The notes under the pieces are model-generated. The model ran no database searches, had not been told where the DNA came from, and saw only the letters and a program-made list of their open reading frames with translations. From an uncultured Acidobacteriota bacterium (GTDB lineage: Bacteria > Acidobacteriota > Terriglobia > Acidiferrales > UBA7541), in assembly GCA_963703805.1 (NCBI GenBank), contig CAVPFO010000002.1:54694-118693 (forward strand): a stretch of DNA of 64,000 nucleotides. The letters run 5' to 3'. Below are positions 57,438 through 64,000 of the stretch, in pieces. The first letter of the stretch is position 1. The number at the start of each line of letters is the position of its first letter. Made by a program: the position numbers and the translations under genes.

Positions 57438-57655
57438 GCCGTTCGGTAAGAAGGGACCCCTGCGCACAATGGGCGTCTTCAGCGCCCATCGAGCGAATGG
57501 TAGCACAGCGGGTGTGGTGGAACGTGCGCGGCTGCGCACGCGTGTTCCTGAGCCAAACGCCCTCCCGTTTAGCGAATTCCGGGGTATCATACGCGCGCGG
57601 AAGCGTGCGGCGCCCTCGTGCGCTTGTCTCGATTCGGGGTGGGAAACTCGATCCG

Positions 57656-58591
57656 ATGCAACTGGTGGACCTGCGGCAGCTGAGCACTAAGCAACTTTCT
57701 CCCCTGCTCGAACAGGAAGCGCAGATTTGGCGCGAGGAGTTGCATTGGGACTATCGTTTTTCGGTCGAACTCATCAAAAAATTCCTCGACACGCACTCAC
57801 TCGCCGGCACCGCCGTCCTGGATGATGGCCAGCCGGTGGGTTACGGCTTCTACGTAATCGAAGAACAGAAGGGCTTGCTGGGCGGGCTGTTTGTTTCCCC
57901 GCTGCAGCCGCAGGTGGAGTTCGGCCGGCGGCTTTTGCGAGAGATTGTGGAGACCCTGCGTGGGATTCCGCACGTACACCGCATTGAGGCGCAGCTTATG
58001 CCCTTTGGCGCGGGGCTTGGCGATTCGCTCACGTCTCTTGGTTTCAAGCTTTATAAGCGCCAGTTCATGCTGCTTGCTGTCGGCGAAGCCCCCAAAACAG
58101 CAAGCGCGGCGGCACCGTTGGGAATGCGGCTGGAACGGTGGCAAGACCGGCACATGGGGCAAACCGCTGAACTGATTCATCTGGCGTACGCCGATCACGT
58201 AGACGGTGAAATCAACGATCAGTACCGCAGCCAAGCCGGCGCGGCAAAGTTTCTAAAAAACATCGTGCTGCTGCCGGGGTGCGGTCAATTCGAAGAGCAA
58301 GCGTCATTTGTGATTCGTGATGGACTGACAGATCACCTGGTTGGCGTGGTACTGACTTCGATCGTGGCGAAAGGTGTGGGGCATACGACCCAAGTTTGCG
58401 TGCTGCCGGGCTATCGGGGCCGAGGGCTTGGCCGCCTGCTGATGGATGCGTCTACTGCTGCGCTGCGCCGAATGAGAACCGACGAACTATCGTTGACCGT
58501 GACTTCCGATAATTCGAATGCGGTAAAGCTCTACGAACTGCTCGGTTTTCGTACGGTGAAGTCTTTCGTTGCGGCGGTCTGGAAAGAATAG
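57656..58591 (+). CDS. GNAT-family N-acetyltransferase
   Basis: VCVLPGYRGRGLGRLLMDAS...NSNAVKLYELLGFR acetyl-CoA-binding motif. ATG 57656 chosen. Confidence 0.75.
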   Translation: MQLVDLRQLSTKQLSPLLEQEAQIWREELHWDYRFSVELIKKFLDTHSLAGTAVLDDGQPVGYGFYVIEEQKGLLGGLFVSPLQPQVEFGRRLLREIVETLRGIPHVHRIEAQLMPFGAGLGDSLTSLGFKLYKRQFMLLAVGEAPKTASAAAPLGMRLERWQDRHMGQTAELIHLAYADHVDGEINDQYRSQAGAAKFLKNIVLLPGCGQFEEQASFVIRDGLTDHLVGVVLTSIVAKGVGHTTQVCVLPGYRGRGLGRLLMDASTAALRRMRTDELSLTVTSDNSNAVKLYELLGFRTVKSFVAAVWKE

Positions 58592-58606
58592 CTAGCAGAC
58601 AAGCCG

Positions 58607-59818
58607 TTAGACCGTCCAGATTTGTGTGAGCACGCGCTGAAAATTCCCCCCGAGAACCCCCTCGATATCCTGGTCATGGTAGCCGCGCCGGATTAGACCG
58701 TCCGCAATATCGTAGAAGCGGCGTGGGTGGTTCAGGTGCTCGATATCGTCCTGATCGCGGAACGCATAGCTCGATTTGTAATTTCCATGAAGCGCCTTGC
58801 GCTCCTCGGGCGGCATTTTATCGTAGCCGTCCAGATCGATATCGCTGCCCACACCTACGTGCTCGACACCGACAAGTTTGGCGACATGGTCGTAATGGTC
58901 GAGGACATTTTCAATCGTGGTGGGCTCTTTTGCGGTGACGAACATGCGCACGCCACTGATGCCCATCACGCCGCCCTTGGCCGCCATTTTCTTTATGGCT
59001 TCGTCAGTTTTGCAACGTACGTGAGGATTGAGCGCGCGGCAATTCGCATGGGTGATCAGCACCGGCTTCGCGGAAACGTCGAACGAATCAAGTGTGGTTT
59101 TATCGCCGCAATGGGAAACGTCGACGGCCATGCCCACTTTATTCATGCGCGCGACGATGGCCGCGCCAAAATCAGAAATTCCGCCGTCTTCGCGCTCGGT
59201 GGACCCAGCTCCGATCATCGTCTGTGAATTGTAGGTCAATTGGGAAATGCGTTGGCCGAGCGACCAGAAGAAATCCACGTCGTCCGGCCGGCGGAACTGC
59301 TCGGAGTTTTGCAGGCCGAGCAGGATACCGGATTTGCCCGATTCCTTCACCTGCGTCAGACGCTCCGGCGAATCAATTCGCAGGAACCATTCAGGATGCG
59401 CGGCCAGAAAACCGTCCCACAGCGCGAAGAATTGAAGCGTGCTCAGGTACGCGTCGGGACCGCCGATCCCAACCGCGATGTGAAATACGTTAATGCCGGA
59501 ATCTCGATATCGTTGCCAATCTGCAGCCGTAAAGGTTTCGGGATGCAACATCCAGCGATCGAACTTGGAGGGGCTTAGCACCAGCGGTGACAGCATGTCG
59601 AGCGTCGTCGTGCGGCCCACGAGTTCGATGGCCCGCGACGAATATTCTTCTGCCAGGCCAGGAACAAGGGCGTAACGGCCCCGAATTACCGCCGGTGCGC
59701 TGGGCAAATCGGCAGCGCCCGTTGTTGCTGCCGAGATATTCCCGGCAAGTCCGGCACCCGCCGCCACCGCAGCGCTGCCTGCAGCAGCCTTTTTCAACCA
59801 CGCGCGGCGCGTCAACAT
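58607..59818 (-). CDS. M19-family membrane dipeptidase with Tat-type signal
   Basis: MLTRRAWLKKAAAGSAAVAAGAG signal. DVSHCGDKT, THANCRAL and GVGSDIDLDG motifs. GAGGGAAG RBS. Confidence 0.85.
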   Translation of the reverse strand: MLTRRAWLKKAAAGSAAVAAGAGLAGNISAATTGAADLPSAPAVIRGRYALVPGLAEEYSSRAIELVGRTTTLDMLSPLVLSPSKFDRWMLHPETFTAADWQRYRDSGINVFHIAVGIGGPDAYLSTLQFFALWDGFLAAHPEWFLRIDSPERLTQVKESGKSGILLGLQNSEQFRRPDDVDFFWSLGQRISQLTYNSQTMIGAGSTEREDGGISDFGAAIVARMNKVGMAVDVSHCGDKTTLDSFDVSAKPVLITHANCRALNPHVRCKTDEAIKKMAAKGGVMGISGVRMFVTAKEPTTIENVLDHYDHVAKLVGVEHVGVGSDIDLDGYDKMPPEERKALHGNYKSSYAFRDQDDIEHLNHPRRFYDIADGLIRRGYHDQDIEGVLGGNFQRVLTQIWTV

Positions 59819-59843
59819 GACTCTTCCCTCTCTGTACGGATTT

Positions 59844-60308
59844 TCACTTATGCACCCGCTCATTCAGCAGGCCCTTTAACTCGACCATGAATTCCTTTAC
59901 GTCCTTAAAATCGAGATAGACGGAAGCGAAGCGAACGTAAGCTACCTTGTCGAGTTTCTTGAGCCGGTTCATCAACAACCCGCCGATTTCCGTGGTGGTT
60001 TGCTCACGCTCAGGAGCCTCGTGTACAAAGCGCTCGACTTCTTCAACCAGCGCTTCGAGCTTGCCCGTTGGGACCGGGCGTTTCTCGCAGGCTTTGAGCA
60101 GGCCTTGCAGAATCTTCTGCCGGTCAAAGCGCTCGCGCCGCCCGTCTTTCTTGATCACCATGTAGGGGATTTCGTCGATGCGCTCGTACGTGGTAAAGCG
60201 CCGTCCGCATTTCAGGCACTCGCGGCGGCGGCGAATCAGATCGCCGGGGCGCGCTCCTCGCGAATCGATCACCTTGTCATCAAGGTGCGAGCAAAAAGGG
60301 CATTTCAC
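59844..60308 (-). CDS. nrdR: transcriptional repressor NrdR
   Basis: [17 protein letters not shown]...[12 protein letters not shown] zinc ribbon plus ATP-cone. Confidence 0.92.
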   Translation of the reverse strand: MKCPFCSHLDDKVIDSRGARPGDLIRRRRECLKCGRRFTTYERIDEIPYMVIKKDGRRERFDRQKILQGLLKACEKRPVPTGKLEALVEEVERFVHEAPEREQTTTEIGGLLMNRLKKLDKVAYVRFASVYLDFKDVKEFMVELKGLLNERVHK

Positions 60309-61444
60309 CGGTGGGAATCTCCAGCGCTTTTTGCCGTCCGATGGTGCCTTTCCGAAAGTTTGGCCGCGGAAACGTGCGATCCGGCTGCCTCCGCCTTGGA
60401 TTCGGCGCTGGCCAATTGCCGCAGTTCGCCCATGGACCAGCCCTCATGAATCGCAAGCGGAATCCCCACCAAGCTGCTGGCCGCGAAGGTGACGAGCCAC
60501 AGGACCAACGATGCCGCCAGTGCCGGCTCGGTATCAATTCCGAATATGCTCGTAAACGCGATGAAGCTAGCGATCTGCGACCCGCCGCCCACACCGGGTA
60601 TCTGCAAGGTCGAGCCCACCATGGTGAAAGCCAGCACCAACATCGCACCCGGAAAATCAATCTGCCCAAGATCGCCACCAAAGCTGCGAATCACCAGGTA
60701 ATACGCCAGAGCGATGACTCCCCAGTGCGCTGCAGAATAGAAAATCGCCTCGCCCAGGTCATAAAAGGAGCGAATCGCCTGCAAACCATCGCTAAAACCG
60801 GTAAACGCGGTGGCCGTCTTGCCGCGCCAGCCACCGCGCGTATGCCAGCTTTGCAGCCGGCGAGCAATAGCGCCGGCCCCGTGCAACCGAAAATACACCA
60901 GGAAACCGATGGCGGCCAAAAGCCCCAAGAGAAGAATGAGTCCGGCCTCCCTGGCCCGCACCTCTCCGGCCGGATTCGCCCCGCCCAGCGACATCATCTC
61001 GGGAAACAGTAGCAGGCTAATCCCTGCCAGGATCGCCGTAGAGCAGACGTCAAAAAGACGCTCGAGCACGTAAATACCAAACATCGAAGAAACTGGCATC
61101 TTCTCGCGGCGGGCGATTAACAAAGGACGCACAGGCTCACCCGCGCGACCCAGGATAAACACGGCGGCGAAGCCGATGATGGTCGAGCGATAAATTCCCA
61201 TCAGGCTACAGGGTCCAATATGGCGGGAAAAGCGCTTCCAGCGCACCGACCGGATGAAATACGCGCCATAAATCGCAATCAGGCCGAGTAAAAGACCTGA
61301 AAAGCGCGCTTCACGTACCGCTTGCGCAAGCCGCCCCCACCGGAAATGCCCGTTGTGCAGCATTCCGCGCGCGTGGTAGGCCACGACGGCGAGAAGGATT
61401 AGAACCAGAGCCCAGATGAGGATCCGACGGTACTGGACACGCAT
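60305..61444 (-). CDS. UPF0104 / lysylphosphatidylglycerol-synthase-TM-region family membrane protein
   Basis: 379-aa polytopic ORF with an N-terminal pattern typical of flippase-like UPF0104 proteins. Overlaps the nrdR start by 4 nt. Confidence 0.65.
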   Translation of the reverse strand: MRVQYRRILIWALVLILLAVVAYHARGMLHNGHFRWGRLAQAVREARFSGLLLGLIAIYGAYFIRSVRWKRFSRHIGPCSLMGIYRSTIIGFAAVFILGRAGEPVRPLLIARREKMPVSSMFGIYVLERLFDVCSTAILAGISLLLFPEMMSLGGANPAGEVRAREAGLILLLGLLAAIGFLVYFRLHGAGAIARRLQSWHTRGGWRGKTATAFTGFSDGLQAIRSFYDLGEAIFYSAAHWGVIALAYYLVIRSFGGDLGQIDFPGAMLVLAFTMVGSTLQIPGVGGGSQIASFIAFTSIFGIDTEPALAASLVLWLVTFAASSLVGIPLAIHEGWSMGELRQLASAESKAEAAGSHVSAAKLSERHHRTAKSAGDSHR

Positions 61445-61659
61445 TCGAACGCGAGCCTAACTGGCGGCTCCATGACTGTCAAGAAAAGAGGGAAAAGGGT
61501 TAGTGACTCCCTTTGGTTTTGCGTCCCCTAGACAGGTAGTCCGACACTGCCGCAAAATGGGTCTATGGAGAGAACTAGAAAGCTTCCTAGAGATATGAAC
61601 CAGGTCGCGGCTGAGATTGTGCGTTTATCCACAACGGAAGGCATACTTGAGCCACTCCA

Positions 61660-61803
61660 ATGCGTTCTGCGTTATCGGAGTATTTGGCTGAAATTGGGCG
61701 CAAAGGTGGTATTAAGGGAGGCCCCGCGAGAGCAAAAAAACTCACCAAGAAGAAACTGCGAGCTCATGGCAAATGGGCAGCACATGCAAGGCTGGCCAAC
61801 TAA
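61660..61803 (+). CDS. small basic ORF with GRKGGIKGGPARAKKL motif (tentative)
   Basis: 47 codons found by hand; below the ORF-track cutoff. The KGG-type motif recurs in small stress/phage-associated proteins. The upstream ORF 61565.. may be its frameshifted N-terminus. Confidence 0.3.
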   Translation: MRSALSEYLAEIGRKGGIKGGPARAKKLTKKKLRAHGKWAAHARLAN

Positions 61804-62042
61804 GAGGTCAGGAAGCAACAGAAAACACGATACTTAGTAAACGTTTGCGATTGCGCCGCAAACATTATGGCAGCAGTTGCGCACTGTTTGCCAATAAGCA
61901 TAAGTTTTATGTATGGCAAAGAAGAAAAGGAAAGTCGATATTGCCGCTGACCGAATCGCTGGGCTGCTCATCAAGCATATGGAAGAGACGATGACCCCAG
62001 CGGAAGCTAGGATCATGCGTAAGGATCTCCGCAAGCTCGCCG

Positions 62043-62234
62043 TCAAATCAAATCGTCGATCTTCCCGTCACGGAACGCCCTCACAATCAACGCGAAACGC
62101 GGGTTCTCGTCTTTTATTCCGTGCTTCCGCAGAAAAGCCATAAGTTCGCGTTCGTCTCTGTTTCGTATGACTCGTGCTAATTCGCGTGCCATTGCGCGCC
62201 TTTCTGCTGGTGTGTGCCTATACTTGTCGGGCAT
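62043..62234 (-). CDS. small hypothetical protein
   Basis: 63-aa charged helical ORF starting 3 nt after the stop of the upstream minus-strand gene. Confidence 0.35.
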   Translation of the reverse strand: MPDKYRHTPAERRAMARELARVIRNRDERELMAFLRKHGIKDENPRFALIVRAFRDGKIDDLI

Positions 62235-62237
62235 GAG

Positions 62238-62768
62238 TTAGCTTTCGCTGTCCGATTTTTCCTCACTTGTTTTTCTTCCTCCCGGATACCATTCGGCAAG
62301 CCCCCATTCTCCCTTGCCAACACGAACAACTTCGTTTACACCTTCCATTCGCAATAAGGTGGGATACACAGTTTGATAGAGGTTCTTGGCTTGATGTGTT
62401 AGACCGCCGGCATCAAGTGCTGCCGTAATGTCCTTCGCTGCCCTCGGACGCTTTGCAATATTCAAATACTTCTTGATTGCATCTGGAACCGACAGGCGAA
62501 AGAACGAATCATTCGCTAGTCGTGGGAACCGCATGAGGCCGTCGGGTCCTGGTTTGGGAGCCGGCGTCGTAAGAGACCCCTCGCCGGCCTCTTCTTGTTC
62601 TTTCCGCTTTGCCCATGCAATCATCCGATCAATATCAGCGCGATCTTCCAAGAGCTTCTCTACGAGCTGCCCATAATCAATAGGGTCCGACACGTCTTGT
62701 ATCCCTTTCCTATTGCCTGCTATGAATGCAGAAGGCGAAGCGTTAGGGGCTGTTTTCAGGCCCCACAC
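62238..62768 (-). CDS. hypothetical protein with C-terminal HARE-HTH/winged-helix-like region
   Basis: DAIKKYLNIAKRPRAAKDITAALDAGGL...YPTLLRMEGVNEVVRVGKGEWGLAEW resembles HARE-HTH domains. GTG start at 62768, or GTG 62693 after AAGGGA. Confidence 0.45.
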   Translation of the reverse strand: MWGLKTAPNASPSAFIAGNRKGIQDVSDPIDYGQLVEKLLEDRADIDRMIAWAKRKEQEEAGEGSLTTPAPKPGPDGLMRFPRLANDSFFRLSVPDAIKKYLNIAKRPRAAKDITAALDAGGLTHQAKNLYQTVYPTLLRMEGVNEVVRVGKGEWGLAEWYPGGRKTSEEKSDSES

Positions 62769-62971
62769 CCTTCCGAGGGGTGTCTAGCTTCTCATCAGCT
62801 TCCCTGCCTGCTGTGGGGTCCAGTCCATTGCTTTGCCGCAAACCCAGATCCTCAGACTCCCTAAATCTAAAGCAGAAAAAGTTCTTTGTCAACTCCGCGC
62901 GTACGGCCACATGGCGACACATTGACATTTCCATTGACGGTGCCCTTAGCGCCTCAAGCATAGCGAGCAGT

Positions 62972-63375
62972 ATGAATCGACTAAGCAAAGGGCGACGAAC
63001 GCGGATTATGACAGTCCTCGGACGGTAACTCGGTTCGGGCCACGGCTCGCATGTGCGACGTGGGGTTTAACACTGTGTTAAAGCTGTTCCGGAGATCGGC
63101 GCGGCGTGCCTAAAGTTCCAAGAAAACGCGCTTCACAGGCTTTGTAGAATGGCCAGAATCTTACAATTCGGATGAAGATGCGACGCTTTACCCGGCTAAC
63201 AAATGCTTTCTCCAAGAAAGCGGAGAACCATATGTGAGCCATCGCACTTCACTATATGGATTATAATTTCTGCCGAGTCCATCAAACCTTACGGGTCACG
63301 CCAGCAATGGAGGCAGGGGTTGCGGATCACGTTTGGGGCGGTGAGGAGATCGGAGAGCTTTTGGATTCAAAATGA
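62972..63375 (+). mobile_element. remnant of an IS1-like transposase gene: N-terminal HTH and C-terminal end only, catalytic middle deleted
   Basis: MNRLSKGRRTRIMTVL.. / GNSVRATARMCDVGFNTVLKL / PEIGAACLKFQ in three frames. Then NLTIRMKMRRFTRLTNAFSKKAENHM-TGA(63235-63237)-AIALHYMDYNFCRVHQTLRVTPAMEAGVADHVW. Confidence 0.6.
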
Positions 63376-63425
63376 GCTACTACCCGGGAAAAGGGGCCAA
63401 GGTGTGCCCATGACTGCGGCGGAAA

Positions 63426-64000
63426 CTAACGCAGGAGGTCTTCGAGTTGGATCTTGGCGTCTGTTTTGGAATCGCGATACTTCACGATCACCGGCGTATA
63501 GAGCGAAAGGCCCCAGTCCCTCCCCTTTCCGATCGAAATCGGTCTTGAGCCGGCAACCACCACGGCATCCTCCGGGATCATCAGCGGCTCGGCATCCGAG
63601 GCGGTGTAAACCTGCTCGCGGACCAAATCGTACACCGGCGTCGAGCGGTTCAGGATCGTGCCGGTTCCTAATACCGCCCGGCGCTTGATAACGGTGCCCT
63701 CATACACGCCACAGTTACCGCCGACGAGCACGTCGTCTTCGACGATCACCGGAAGTGCGCCAATCGGCTCGAGCACGCCGCCGATCTGCGCCGCGGCGGA
63801 AAGATGGCAATTTCGGCCAATCTGCGCGCAGCTTCCCACGAGAGCGTGAGAATCCACCATCGTGCCTTCTCCGACGTAGGCACCCGCGTTGATAAACATG
63901 GGTGGCATGCAGGTGACGCCACGGCCGACGAAGCAGCCATCACGTATGCTCGAGCCCCCCGCGACAATCCGGATGCCGTCGGATTCCGAGATGCGGCGCA
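63426..64000 (-). CDS. dapD: 2,3,4,5-tetrahydropyridine-2,6-dicarboxylate N-succinyltransferase, 5' end outside the window
   Basis: [31 protein letters not shown]...GGVLEP hexapeptide repeats. C-terminal [26 protein letters not shown] matches the DapD tail. The frame stays open to the window edge. Confidence 0.88.
   Translation of the reverse strand, partial: RRISESDGIRIVAGGSSIRDGCFVGRGVTCMPPMFINAGAYVGEGTMVDSHALVGSCAQIGRNCHLSAAAQIGGVLEPIGALPVIVEDDVLVGGNCGVYEGTVIKRRAVLGTGTILNRSTPVYDLVREQVYTASDAEPLMIPEDAVVVAGSRPISIGKGRDWGLSLYTPVIVKYRDSKTDAKIQLEDLLR

Noticed and set aside
61913-62143. 76-aa plus-strand ORF (MAKKKRKVDIAADRIAGLL...)
   Set aside because: Its last ~100 nt overlap, convergently, the 63-aa minus-strand ORF that sits in an operon-like position, and its C-terminal third looks like antisense noise. 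It may be real in a shorter form, but I cannot support it.
1-64000. CRISPR arrays, rRNA genes, intact tRNA genes, retron/DGR-type reverse transcriptases
   Set aside because: I saw no regularly spaced 25-40-nt repeats, no rRNA-like conserved stretches, no complete cloverleaf in any intergenic gap, and no YxDD reverse-transcriptase ORF.

Overview
GC-rich 64-kb bacterial chromosomal segment with about 55 protein-coding genes. The gene content suggests Acidobacteriota, by inference only: a PadR regulator followed by duplicated-FtsX ADOP-type permeases, a CarboxypepD_reg-type TonB-dependent receptor, and many TPR/PilZ/GGDEF genes.

Layout:
- 0-6.9 kb: a PoxB-like TPP enzyme; a translationally coupled trio (internally duplicated membrane protein, subunit-3-like protein, GMC flavoprotein); an SDR; a VKOR-like protein.
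- 6.9-11.7 kb: a glycoside-hydrolase cluster. GH39 is heavily decayed (19-nt duplication plus at least five more frame breaks), the glucoamylase-family gene has one frameshift, and GH15 is intact.
- 11.6-17.1 kb: a degraded Crp/Fnr regulator, then a tight five-gene operon (ric, nnrS-like, cupin, cytochrome b::molybdopterin oxidoreductase fusion, HPP).
- 17.5-24.1 kb: the accessory region and the best candidate for something undescribed. A 6.1-kb seven-gene cassette is bracketed by ~87-nt direct repeats that share a 30-nt identical core. The cargo is a metallophosphoesterase, an excisionase-type HTH, an overlapping PIN-like + trypsin-like protease pair, a NERD-like protein, and a class II Fic + SEC-C/PD-(D/E)xK-like pair. 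An orphan 3' half of tRNA-Pro(UGG) lies 340 nt further on. No integrase gene is visible.
- 24.3-61.4 kb: mostly core genes. These include recQ, an ABC exporter, PadR with two tandem ADOP permeases (the second broken at a G-run), a c-di-GMP/two-component neighbourhood, DPP-IV with a TonB-dependent receptor, a GT39, an M19 dipeptidase and nrdR.
- 61.5-63.4 kb: a small islet with an internally deleted IS remnant, followed by dapD running off the window end.

No rRNA gene, intact tRNA gene or CRISPR array was seen. All calls come from reading the sequence and ORF translations by eye. Start codons are best guesses. Several frame breaks sit in homopolymer runs and could be assembly errors.
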